Positions 8,208 to 17,387 of a stretch of 18,444 nt of DNA are shown piece by piece. Under the pieces are notes generated by a model. It had not been told where the DNA came from, searched no databases, and saw nothing but the letters and a program-made list of their open reading frames with translations. Position numbers and translations under genes: made by a program. The DNA is taken from the NCBI GenBank assembly GCA_016184305.1, contig JACPCX010000156.1, forward strand, positions 1-18,444, written 5' to 3'. The DNA comes from Candidatus Rokuibacteriota bacterium. GTDB lineage: Bacteria; Methylomirabilota; Methylomirabilia; Rokubacteriales; CSP1-6. Position 1 is the first letter of the stretch. Every line of letters starts with the position of its first letter.

Positions 8208-9157
8208 TCGACCAGGCGTGCTCGCTGCTGAGCTGCGGCCCCGATGAGGACCGCGAATGGACCATTTCGGACTACGAGAGCGCGGCGGCACGCTGGTGTC
8301 CGGGCTGCGGGGACCACGCGATCCTCACCGCAGCGCAGCGGCTCCTCGAGACCGAGCAGCTGCCGCCCGAGCAGACGGTCTTCGTCTCGGGGATCGGCTG
8401 CGCGAGCCGGTTTCCGCATTACATGAACACGTACGGCTTCCACGGGATCCACGGCCGGGCCTTGCCGGTCGCGATCGGCGTCAAGCTGCGTCGCCCGGAC
8501 CTGCACGTCTTCGTGGTCATGGGGGACGGCGACTGCTGCTCCATCGGGGCCGCCCACTGGATCCACACCCTCCGCTACAACCCCGACATCGTTGCGCTCC
8601 TGCTCGACAACGGCGTGTACGGGCTCACGAAGAACCAGACGTCGCCCACGAGTCCGAAGGGCAAGGCGAGCAATACGCAGCCGCGCGGCGCGCTCCTGCC
8701 CCCGCTGAACCCGCTCTCCGCCACCCTCGGCGTGACGAACGCCTCGTTCGTGGCGCAGACGGGCGACTGGGTCCCCGCCCATCTCTACGCGACGCTGCTG
8801 GCGGCGTACCGCCACCGCGGCTTTGCGTTCGTGCGCATCCTGCAACGGTGCCCGCAGTACACGACGGATCTGTTCGAGGGCGCCGTGCGCGATCCGGGGC
8901 TGATCGAGCTGCTGGTCCACCCGGACGGGGTCGCCGTCCCCGAGATCGAGCGCCTCTACAAGAATCAGGTGCGGCACGATCCCGCGGATCTCGACGCGGC
9001 CCGGCGTCTGGCCGAACCCGACGGGAAGATCCGCCTCGGGGTGTTCTACCGGAATGACACGCTGCCGGTGTACGAGGAGATGCGCGCCGTGCCGACCCGG
9101 TCCCACGCCGAGAAGCTCGCCCTGCTCAACACGGAGCTCGACCGCCATGCCGTCTGA
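8204..9157 (+). CDS. korB: 2-oxoacid:ferredoxin oxidoreductase beta subunit
   Basis: WCPGCGD, SGIGC, HGRALP, GDGD TPP motif, NGVYGLTKNQ; ATGA overlap with korA. Confidence 0.95.
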   Translation: MIDQACSLLSCGPDEDREWTISDYESAAARWCPGCGDHAILTAAQRLLETEQLPPEQTVFVSGIGCASRFPHYMNTYGFHGIHGRALPVAIGVKLRRPDLHVFVVMGDGDCCSIGAAHWIHTLRYNPDIVALLLDNGVYGLTKNQTSPTSPKGKASNTQPRGALLPPLNPLSATLGVTNASFVAQTGDWVPAHLYATLLAAYRHRGFAFVRILQRCPQYTTDLFEGAVRDPGLIELLVHPDGVAVPEIERLYKNQVRHDPADLDAARRLAEPDGKIRLGVFYRNDTLPVYEEMRAVPTRSHAEKLALLNTELDRHAV

Positions 9158-10169
9158 GGACCGCGCCGGCCTGGCCCTGGATGCCTTCAAGAAGCCGATC
9201 GCCGCGTTCCGCGCGACCCTGGCGGCCACCGCCGACGAGGTCCGCGGCTACCTCGCGACGCGGCAGTCGAGCTGGGAGGGGAAGGTTGCGCGCGTCGGCG
9301 CCGAGCTTGGGCCCCTGGCCATCGGGCGGATCGACTTCGAGCGCTTCGCCACCCTCGTGGAAGATCAGCCGGACGCCTCCCCGGCCGCCCTCGAGACCCT
9401 CGGCGGCGCCCTCGCGGCGCTGGGCGACCTCGCCGGGCGGAGCGAGCAGCTGTACATTGTCGAGGTCCCTGCCGGCGGGAGCCTCCACGAGGTGGTGGGG
9501 CGCGCGCTCGCGGAGATCGGCCGGGCCTTCAGCGCGGCGCGCCTCGTGTCCGAGGTCCGGGCGGGGCGGTTCGAGCCGGACGGTGGCGGTGTCGCGGTGG
9601 GGCCGCTGCCCTTCTCGCTGTGGACCAAGGCCGAGCGCCGGCTCGCGCCTCCCCTCGTGGTGCGGGTGCAGGGCCGTGACCTCCGGGCCGCCGGGCTTGC
9701 CGAGTTCCTCGACGGGCGCCAGCGCCTTGTCCTCGTGGTCGAGGGCGAGTGCGCCCCGGCGCCGCTCGGACGGCTCATCACGCCGGGGATCTTCGTGCTG
9801 CAGAGCGCCGACGGCTCCGGGCTGGACCGCCTCCTGGCCTGGGACGGACCCGGCATTGCCGCGCTCGTCCCGGACTCGGCGGCGCGCTTCGCCCATGACC
9901 CGAGCGGCGGAGCGGCAGCGTGGGAGCGCCTCCGCATCGAGTTCCTCCCCGATCGCGCCGCGCGCCGGGCCATCGGGGGCTTGAGTGGGGCGCAGCAGAT
10001 GGAGGAGATCGAGCTGCTCCGGAGCCTCGCGACCCGCCCGGCGGGTGGCGAGACGCGCCCGGCCGGCCCCGAACCTGCGGATGCTGCCGCGGGGCTTAAC
10101 GCGGCCGACCCCGCCGACAAGCTCGCGGCGTGGCTCCTGAGCCGTGTGGACCTCTCCGATGCCGGGTGA
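9147..10169 (+). CDS. Hypothetical protein, degenerate paralog of the PFOR TPP-binding domain
   Basis: 340 aa, overlaps the korB stop and ends 3 bp before rnfB. Colinear similarity to the downstream PFOR (see findings). Confidence 0.8.
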   Translation: MPSEDRAGLALDAFKKPIAAFRATLAATADEVRGYLATRQSSWEGKVARVGAELGPLAIGRIDFERFATLVEDQPDASPAALETLGGALAALGDLAGRSEQLYIVEVPAGGSLHEVVGRALAEIGRAFSAARLVSEVRAGRFEPDGGGVAVGPLPFSLWTKAERRLAPPLVVRVQGRDLRAAGLAEFLDGRQRLVLVVEGECAPAPLGRLITPGIFVLQSADGSGLDRLLAWDGPGIAALVPDSAARFAHDPSGGAAAWERLRIEFLPDRAARRAIGGLSGAQQMEEIELLRSLATRPAGGETRPAGPEPADAAAGLNAADPADKLAAWLLSRVDLSDAG

Positions 10170-10172
10170 CCC

Positions 10173-11051
10173 ATGGACGCCCTGAGCCCCACGGCCATCG
10201 CCGGCTCAGCCGTGATCCTCGGGGGTGTCGGCCTTTTCTTCGCCGCCCTAATCGCGGTCACGAACCGCAAGTTCCGGGTCTGGGAGGATCCGCGCATCGA
10301 TGTGGTGGCCGGGCTTCTGCCGGGCGCCAATTGCGGCGCGTGTGGCCAGCCCGGGTGCCGGGCTTTCGCGGAACAGGTCGTCCAGGGCGTGATCGTCCCC
10401 GCGTTGTGCTCGGTGGCCAGCCCGGACGTCCGCTCGGACATCGCCGGCTACCTGGGGGTTGACGTGGGCCAGGCGGTGCAGCGGGTCGCCCGCCTGCTCT
10501 GCGCGGGCGGGCGGGACGCGGCCCCGGACCGCGTGGACTACCGGGGGCTCGGCACGTGCAAGGCGGCGGCCGCGGTGGCCGGCGGCGGCAAGGGCTGTGT
10601 GTGGGGCTGCCTGGGCCTCGCCGACTGCGAGGTCGCCTGCACCTTCGACGCGATCGACATGAACGAGGTCGGGTTGCCGGTGGTGGTCCCGGCCAAGTGC
10701 ACGGCCTGCGGCGACTGCGTCGAGGCGTGCCCGAGGGATCTGTTCACCATCATGCCGATGGAGCAGCGGCTCCTCGTGCAGTGCAAGAGCCTGCTCGAGG
10801 GCGAGGCGGCAGACCGCCTGTGCCGGGTCGCCTGCAACGGCTGCGGCAAGTGCGTCCTGGACGCCGCGCCAGGCGTCATCGCGATGAAAAATGGGCTGGC
10901 GGTCGTGGACTACGCGCAGAATGACCTTGCGGGGCCTGAAGCCACGCGCCGGTGTCCCACCGGCGCGATCGTCTGGGTGGAGGGCGAGCAGTTCGCCAGG
11001 CGCGCCCCCATTGCGGCGGCCGTCCGGCCCGCCGAGGAGGCAGTGGCATGA
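10173..11051 (+). CDS. rnfB: Rnf complex subunit B
   Basis: N-terminal TM helix, EDPRI, LPGANCGACGQPGC, GCLGLADCEVAC, CTACGDCVEACP, CNGCGKC...CP. Confidence 0.93.
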   Translation: MDALSPTAIAGSAVILGGVGLFFAALIAVTNRKFRVWEDPRIDVVAGLLPGANCGACGQPGCRAFAEQVVQGVIVPALCSVASPDVRSDIAGYLGVDVGQAVQRVARLLCAGGRDAAPDRVDYRGLGTCKAAAAVAGGGKGCVWGCLGLADCEVACTFDAIDMNEVGLPVVVPAKCTACGDCVEACPRDLFTIMPMEQRLLVQCKSLLEGEAADRLCRVACNGCGKCVLDAAPGVIAMKNGLAVVDYAQNDLAGPEATRRCPTGAIVWVEGEQFARRAPIAAAVRPAEEAVA

Positions 11052-14000
11052 AATTCCGCAAGCACGGGGCTCCTTCCGCCCCGCCGAAGTACCCGGGGAT
11101 CCCGACTGCGGTCGACGGCAGCGCCGCCGTCGTCGAGATGGAAACGGCGGCGAGCGAGGCGGCCGGCGCGTACCCGATCACGCCCTCCACCCAGATGGGC
11201 GAAGGCTGGGCGGCCGCCCTCGCTGCCGGCAAGACCAACGTCAACGGGCGCCACCTGCTCTTCTTCGAGCCCGAGGGCGAGCACGCCGCCGCCGCCGTCA
11301 CCGCCGGGATGAGCATGGTCGGCCTGCGCGCCACCAACTTCTCGAGCGGGCAGGGCATCGCCTACATGCACGAGTCGCTCTACGCGGCGGTGGGCAAGCG
11401 GCTGACCTACGTGCTCAACATCGCCGCCCGCGCCATCACCAAGCACGCGCTCAATGTCCACGCCGGCCACGACGACTATCACGCGGTGGACGACACCGGC
11501 TTCTTCCAGCTCTTTGCCAAGAACGTGCAGGAGGGGGCCGACCTCAACCTGGTCGCCCACCGGATCGCCGAGCTGTCGCTGAACCCCGGCATCTGCGCCC
11601 AGGACGGCTTCCTCACCAGCCACGTCATCGAGTCGTGCCGGCTGCCCGAGCGCGAGCTGGTGCGCGAGTTCCTCGGGGATCCATCGGACATCATCGAGTC
11701 TCCGACGCCGACCCAGCGCCTCGTCTTCGGCGAGCGCCGCCGCCGGATCCCCGAGATGTTCGACCTGGACAGCCCGACCATGCTCGGCGTCGTCCAGAAC
11801 CAGGACGCCTACCAGCAAGGCGTGGCCGCGCAGCGCCCGTTCTACTTCGACCACGTGGCGGCCCTGGCCGACCGCGCCTTCGACGAGTACGCGGCGCTCA
11901 CCGGCCGGCGCTACGCGCGGGCCTCCGGCTACCGCATCGAGGACGCCGAGTACGTGATCATCGGCCAGGGCTCGGTGGTGTGGAATGCCGAGGCGGTGGC
12001 CGACCACCTGCGCGCGACGCGGAAGCTGCGGGTCGGCGTCGTCAACCTGACCATGTTCCGGCCCTTCCCGGCCGACCTCCTCGTCGCGCTGCTGCGCGGC
12101 AAGCGGGGCGTCGTCGTCCTCGAGCGGGTGGACCAGCCGCTCGCGGTGGACGCGCCGCTCTTGCGCGAGATCCGGGCGGCGATGGGCAAGGCCGTCGAGA
12201 ACGGGCGGGCCCGGGGCGGGAGCCTGGCCCATCCCGGGCTTCCGGCCTGTGCCCCGGACGAGGTGCCCGATTTCTACTCCGGATGCTTCGGGCTCGGCAG
12301 CCGTGACCTGCAGCCCACCGACCTCATCGCCGCGGTGGACAACATGCTCGATGGCGGCACGCAGCGCCGCCAGTTCTACCTCAGCATCGAGTTCATCCGG
12401 CCGAAGACGCGGCTGCCGAAGCTGCAGATCTGGCAGGAGCGGCTGCTCGAGAGCTACCCGGACATCGCCGGCCTGGCGCTGGCGCCGGCGGCCGACGTCA
12501 ACCTCCTGCCCGCAGGCTCGCTCTCGCTCCGCATCCACTCGGTGGGGGGCTGGGGCGCGATCACGATGGGCAAGAACCTCGCGCTGACGGCCGCGGAGCT
12601 GCTCGGCCTGCACATCAAGGCCAACCCGAAGTACGGCTCGGAGAAGAAGGGCCAGCCGACCACGTTCTACGCCACCCTGGCCCGGGAGCCCATCCGGCTC
12701 AACTGCGAGCTGCGTCACGTGGACGTCGTGCTCTCCCCCGATCCCAACGTGGCCCGCCACTCCGACCCGCTGGCCGGGCTCGCCGAGGGCGGGGTGTTCG
12801 TCATCCAGAGCGATCGCTCGGGCGAGGAGCTGTGGGCGAGCTTCCCGATGCGGATCCAGCGCGCCCTCAAGGACCGGAAGATCCGCGTCTACTCCCTGGA
12901 CGCTTTCCGCATCGCCAGCGACGAGGCGTCCGGGGCCGAGCTCCGTTACCGCATGCAGGGCGCGGCCTTCATGGGCGCGTTCTTCCGGGTGGCCCCGTTG
13001 CTGCAGGGCCAGGGCATCGACGAGGCCAAGCTCTTCGCCGAGATCCGCAGCCAGCTCGTGAAGAAGTTCGGACGGCTCGGCGCCCACGTGGTCGAGGAGA
13101 ACCTGCGCGTCATCCGCCGCGGCCACGACGAGGTCCGCGAGCTCGACGTGGCCGCGTACGAGGTGTCCACGACCGAGATCGGGCGCGTTCCCGAGCGCCC
13201 GGGCCGGCTCGATGGAGACCGGAGCCAGAGCCCCCTCGGCAGCCCCGGGCGGTTCTGGGAGCAGGTCGGCTCCCTCTACGCGACCGGCCAGGATGGGATC
13301 GCCGATCCCTGGGCCGCCACCAGCGCGCTGCCAGCGGCGACGAGCACGATCCGCGACATGACGGCGGTGCGCATGGAGGTGCCGGAGTTCGTGCCGGCCA
13401 ACTGCACAGGCTGCGGCCAGTGCTGGACCCAGTGCCCCGACACCGCGATCCCCGGCGTGGTCAGCCAGATCGACGAGGTCTTCCAGGCGGCGATACGCTT
13501 CGCCGCCAACGGCGGCTCCCTCGACCGCGTGCGGCAGATCGTCAAGCACCTTGCCAGTGAGTCGCGCCGGATCATGCGGGACACGCCCTTCACGACATTC
13601 GGCGACGTGGCGGCGGTTGCCTACACGAACGTCGCCGAGAAGCTCGCCTACGCGCCGGAGCGGCGGGCGGTCCTCGACGCGGAGTGGGCGCCCGTGCAGG
13701 CAGCGCTGGCCGAGTTCCCGCTCGCGAAGACCGCGCCCTTCTTCGACATGCCGGAGTCCCGGACCAAGGGCAGCGGCGGCCTCCTGTCGATCACGGTGAA
13801 CCCCGCGACGTGCAAGGGCTGCAACATCTGCGTCTCGGTGTGCCCGGACGAGGCGCTGCGGACGGTCAAGCAGGACGCGGGAGTGATCGAGCGCCTGCGC
13901 CGCAACTGGAAGCTCTGGGATCTCCTTCCCGAGACCGACGACCGCTATATCAACATCGCGAGCCTGGAAGAGGGCATCGGGACCCTGCCGTCCCTCCTCC

Positions 14001-16054
14001 TCAAGAAGACGAACTACCTCTCCATGCTGGGCGGCGACGGCGCCTGCATGGGCTGCGGCGAGAAGACGATCCTGCACCTCGTCTTCTCCGCGCTCAATGC
14101 CCTCATGCAGCCGCGGGTCAAGGCCCATGTCGAGCGCCTCGACGGGCTGATCGCGCGCCTGGACGACAGGGCCCGGCGCATCCTCGCCTCGGAGGCCGAT
14201 CTCACGCGGGTGGCGGGGAGGTCGGGTTCGATCGACGTGCCGCTCGCCGAGACGAAGAAACAGGAGGTGGAGCGCATCGCGGGGATCATCCGCGCCCTGC
14301 GCGACCTCCGCTGGCGGTACACGGAGGGGCCGACGGGCACCGGCCGCGCGACATGCGGCATCGCGAACTCGACGGGGTGCTCCTCGGTGTGGGGGAGCAC
14401 CTACCCCTACAACCCCTACCCGGTTCCGTGGGTGAACCACCTCTTCCAGGACGCTCCCAGCGTGGCCATCGGGATCTTCGAGGGGCACATGCGGAAGATG
14501 GCCGACGGCTTCGCGGCCGTGCGGCGCGCCGAGCTCGAGCTCGGCGGCGGTTACGATCCCGCGACGCACGAGGCGGAGCTCGCCAAGCTCGACTGGCGCC
14601 GCTTCAGCGACGAGGAGTTCGCCCTCTGCCCGCCCATCCTCGCGGTGGGCGGCGACGGGGCCATGCTCGACATCGGCTTTCAGAACCTCTCGCGGCTGCT
14701 GGCCTCCGGCAAGCCGGTCCGCGTCGTGATGCTCGACACGCAGGTCTACTCGAATACCGGCGGCCAGGCGTGCACGAGCGGGTTCCTCGGCCAGGTGAGC
14801 GACATGGCGGAATTCGGGCCCGGCCAGCGCGGCAAGGAGGAGACGCGCAAGGAGCTCGCGCTCCTCGCCATGGCCCACCGCAATGTGTTCGTGCTGCAGT
14901 CCTCCCAGGCCTCGCCCTCCCACCTGCTGGCCGGCGTGCTGCGGGGGCTCCAGTCGCGCTACCCGGCGGTGTTCTCGCTCCACTGCCCGTGCCCGCCCGA
15001 GCACGGGGTCGGCGACGAGGCGGCGCCCCACGCGGCGAAGCTTGCGCTCGAGAGCCGCGCCGTCCCGCTGCTGGTCTACGACCCCGCGACGGGGCCGAGG
15101 CTCGCCGATCGGCTGAACCTGGACGGCAACCCGTCTGTCGACGAGCCCTGGCCCACGTACGAGCTCACGTACGTGGACGAGGGCGGCGCCGAGCAGATGA
15201 TGGAGCTGCCGGTCACGGTGGCGGACTGGGCCTGCACCGAGACGCGGTTCCGGAAGCACTTCTCCCGGATCGCCGCCGGCGCCGGGGAGGAGGAGCCGGT
15301 GCCCTTGCACGAGTACCTGGCGCTTGCCAAGGACGACCGCGCCGGCAAGACGCCATTCATCTACACCCTCGAGGCCGGGCGGAAGCTCGGACGCCTTGCC
15401 GTCACCGATGAGATCGTCCGCCTCGCCGAGGACCGCCGGGAGCTGTGGACCCTCCTGCGCGACATGGCCGGGCTCAAGGCACCGGAGACGGTCGCGGCCG
15501 AGGCCGAGCTCGAGCAGCGGGTGGTTGCGCTGCGCGCCGAGTACGAGGCCAAGCTGGCCGACCTCAAGGCGCGCTACCCGTGGGTCATCGCGCGGCGCCT
15601 GGCCGAGGACCTGCTGCGGGCCAGCAACGGCGGGACGCCGATCGGTGAGCTGCTCGCGAAGGTCGATGCCCTGCCGGCCATGCCGCGGCCGCGCGGCGCC
15701 GGGGGCACCGCAGTTGCGCCGGCCCCCGCGGCGGCCGAGACGGCCGTGGCGAGCCTCGAAGCGGCGCCCGCGGCGCCGGCCGCAGCCGAGGCCGGCGAGG
15801 CTTTCACCATGGAGCCGTACATCGACTCGGCGCTCTGCACGGCCTGCAACGAGTGCACGAACTTGAACAAGCGGCTGTTCGCCTACAACGCCAAGAAGCA
15901 GGCCTATATCAAGGACCCGAAGGCCGGCAAGTTCAGGGAAATCGTGCAGGCCGCCGAGAAGTGTCCCGTGAAGATCATCCACCCCGGCTCGCCGCTCAAC
16001 CCGGCCGAGAAGGACCTGGACAAGTGGATCAAGCGCGCCCAGCCCTTCAATTGA
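11048..16054 (+). CDS. por: Large single-chain pyruvate(2-oxoacid):ferredoxin oxidoreductase with an extra C-terminal ferredoxin
   Basis: 1668 aa; YPITPS, YGSEKKG, two CxxCxxCxxxCP motifs, ACMGCGE, GCSSVWG, GGDG, YSNTGGQ, CPC; ATGA overlap with rnfB. Confidence 0.93.
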   Translation: MKFRKHGAPSAPPKYPGIPTAVDGSAAVVEMETAASEAAGAYPITPSTQMGEGWAAALAAGKTNVNGRHLLFFEPEGEHAAAAVTAGMSMVGLRATNFSSGQGIAYMHESLYAAVGKRLTYVLNIAARAITKHALNVHAGHDDYHAVDDTGFFQLFAKNVQEGADLNLVAHRIAELSLNPGICAQDGFLTSHVIESCRLPERELVREFLGDPSDIIESPTPTQRLVFGERRRRIPEMFDLDSPTMLGVVQNQDAYQQGVAAQRPFYFDHVAALADRAFDEYAALTGRRYARASGYRIEDAEYVIIGQGSVVWNAEAVADHLRATRKLRVGVVNLTMFRPFPADLLVALLRGKRGVVVLERVDQPLAVDAPLLREIRAAMGKAVENGRARGGSLAHPGLPACAPDEVPDFYSGCFGLGSRDLQPTDLIAAVDNMLDGGTQRRQFYLSIEFIRPKTRLPKLQIWQERLLESYPDIAGLALAPAADVNLLPAGSLSLRIHSVGGWGAITMGKNLALTAAELLGLHIKANPKYGSEKKGQPTTFYATLAREPIRLNCELRHVDVVLSPDPNVARHSDPLAGLAEGGVFVIQSDRSGEELWASFPMRIQRALKDRKIRVYSLDAFRIASDEASGAELRYRMQGAAFMGAFFRVAPLLQGQGIDEAKLFAEIRSQLVKKFGRLGAHVVEENLRVIRRGHDEVRELDVAAYEVSTTEIGRVPERPGRLDGDRSQSPLGSPGRFWEQVGSLYATGQDGIADPWAATSALPAATSTIRDMTAVRMEVPEFVPANCTGCGQCWTQCPDTAIPGVVSQIDEVFQAAIRFAANGGSLDRVRQIVKHLASESRRIMRDTPFTTFGDVAAVAYTNVAEKLAYAPERRAVLDAEWAPVQAALAEFPLAKTAPFFDMPESRTKGSGGLLSITVNPATCKGCNICVSVCPDEALRTVKQDAGVIERLRRNWKLWDLLPETDDRYINIASLEEGIGTLPSLLLKKTNYLSMLGGDGACMGCGEKTILHLVFSALNALMQPRVKAHVERLDGLIARLDDRARRILASEADLTRVAGRSGSIDVPLAETKKQEVERIAGIIRALRDLRWRYTEGPTGTGRATCGIANSTGCSSVWGSTYPYNPYPVPWVNHLFQDAPSVAIGIFEGHMRKMADGFAAVRRAELELGGGYDPATHEAELAKLDWRRFSDEEFALCPPILAVGGDGAMLDIGFQNLSRLLASGKPVRVVMLDTQVYSNTGGQACTSGFLGQVSDMAEFGPGQRGKEETRKELALLAMAHRNVFVLQSSQASPSHLLAGVLRGLQSRYPAVFSLHCPCPPEHGVGDEAAPHAAKLALESRAVPLLVYDPATGPRLADRLNLDGNPSVDEPWPTYELTYVDEGGAEQMMELPVTVADWACTETRFRKHFSRIAAGAGEEEPVPLHEYLALAKDDRAGKTPFIYTLEAGRKLGRLAVTDEIVRLAEDRRELWTLLRDMAGLKAPETVAAEAELEQRVVALRAEYEAKLADLKARYPWVIARRLAEDLLRASNGGTPIGELLAKVDALPAMPRPRGAGGTAVAPAPAAAETAVASLEAAPAAPAAAEAGEAFTMEPYIDSALCTACNECTNLNKRLFAYNAKKQAYIKDPKAGKFREIVQAAEKCPVKIIHPGSPLNPAEKDLDKWIKRAQPFN

Positions 16055-16061
16055 CCCTCTT

Positions 16062-17387
16062 GTGTGGGACCATCTGAAGTTCCGCCACGGCGTCCACCCA
16101 CCGGAGCTGAAGGAGCTCACGGCCCGGATCGCGATCCGGCGGGTGCCATACCCGGACGAGGTGGTGCTGCCGCTCCGCCAGCACGCGGGCAAGCCCGCCC
16201 GCCCCGTTGTCAAGGCCGGCGACCGGGTCGAGCGCGGGGATGTGCTCGCGGAGCCCGACGGGTACGTCTCGACGCCGGTACACGCCTCCGCGGCGGGGAC
16301 GGTCGAGCAGATCTGCCTGTGGCCGCACCCCGACGGGTCGTACGCCCCGGCGGTCCGGATCGCGGTGGACCGCTACTCGCCGCAGGCGCCCCGACCGCGG
16401 CTGGTCCCGGACTGGACGCGGCTCGAGCCGCCCGAGCTCGTCGAGGCCATCCGCCAGGCCGGGGTGGTCGGCCTCGGGGGCGCGGCGTTCCCCACCCACG
16501 TCAAGCTCGCGCCTCCCAAGGGCCAGGTCGTCGACACCGTCCTGATCAACGGCTGCGAGTGCGAGCCGTACCTCACGACCGATCACCGCACGATGGTCGA
16601 GTATTCGGACCGGGTCCACCTGGGCCTGCGCATCATGATGCGCTGCCTGGGGGCGACGCGCGCGATGATCGGCATCGAGCTGAACAAGCCCGACGCCATC
16701 GCCGCCATCCGCCGGACGCTTCCCTCCGATCTGGACGTGACCGTCCAGGAGCTCGAGGTGAAATACCCGCAGGGCGCGGAGAAGATGCTGATCAAGGCGC
16801 TCCTCGACCGCGAGGTGCCGTCCGGCAAGCTCCCGCTGCACGTGGGCGTCGTCGTGCAGAACGTCGCCTCGGCGGCGACGATCGCCGAGGTGTTCGAGAC
16901 GGGGCTCCCACTGGTCGAGCGCATCGTCACCGTGACGGGGCGCGGGGTCACGCGGCCGTCGAACCTCATCGTGCCCGTCGGCATGAAGCTCCGCGACCTG
17001 ATCGACGCGTGCGGTGGCTTCACGGCGGACGCGCGGGAGATCGTGTTCGGCGGCCCCATGATGGGGTTCGCCCAGGCGCACCTGGACACGCCGCTGGTCA
17101 AGGGCACGAGCGGCGTCGTGGTGCTCGCCGCGGCCGAGACCAAGCCCACCGTGTCGTACCCCTGCATTCGCTGCGGGCACTGCCTGGATTCCTGCCCGGT
17201 CTTCCTCAACCCGCAGCTCCTCGGCCAGCTCGCCCTCAAGGAGCGCTGGGAAGAGATGGAGACCAACCACCTGGCCGACTGCATGCTCTGCGGCTGCTGC
17301 GGTTACACGTGCCCGTCCAACATCCCCCTGCCGCAGCTCTTCGCGCTGGCGAAGGCCGCGCTCCGCAGGCGCCCGGCCCCGGCATGA
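16062..17387 (+). CDS. rnfC: Rnf complex subunit C
   Basis: GVHP, QHAG, HASAAG, GVVGLGGAAFPTHVKL, NGCECEPYLT.D, YPQGAEK, GGPMMG, CIRCGHCLDSCP, CMLCGCCGYTCP. Confidence 0.95.
   Translation: MWDHLKFRHGVHPPELKELTARIAIRRVPYPDEVVLPLRQHAGKPARPVVKAGDRVERGDVLAEPDGYVSTPVHASAAGTVEQICLWPHPDGSYAPAVRIAVDRYSPQAPRPRLVPDWTRLEPPELVEAIRQAGVVGLGGAAFPTHVKLAPPKGQVVDTVLINGCECEPYLTTDHRTMVEYSDRVHLGLRIMMRCLGATRAMIGIELNKPDAIAAIRRTLPSDLDVTVQELEVKYPQGAEKMLIKALLDREVPSGKLPLHVGVVVQNVASAATIAEVFETGLPLVERIVTVTGRGVTRPSNLIVPVGMKLRDLIDACGGFTADAREIVFGGPMMGFAQAHLDTPLVKGTSGVVVLAAAETKPTVSYPCIRCGHCLDSCPVFLNPQLLGQLALKERWEEMETNHLADCMLCGCCGYTCPSNIPLPQLFALAKAALRRRPAPA

Noticed and set aside
10910..16213. 1767-aa minus-strand ORF and other long antisense or alternate-frame ORFs (6306-8291, 3304-4314, 16047-17270, 4552-6177, 13684-15411)
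   Set aside because: Shadows of GC3-rich real genes, with no recognisable motifs.
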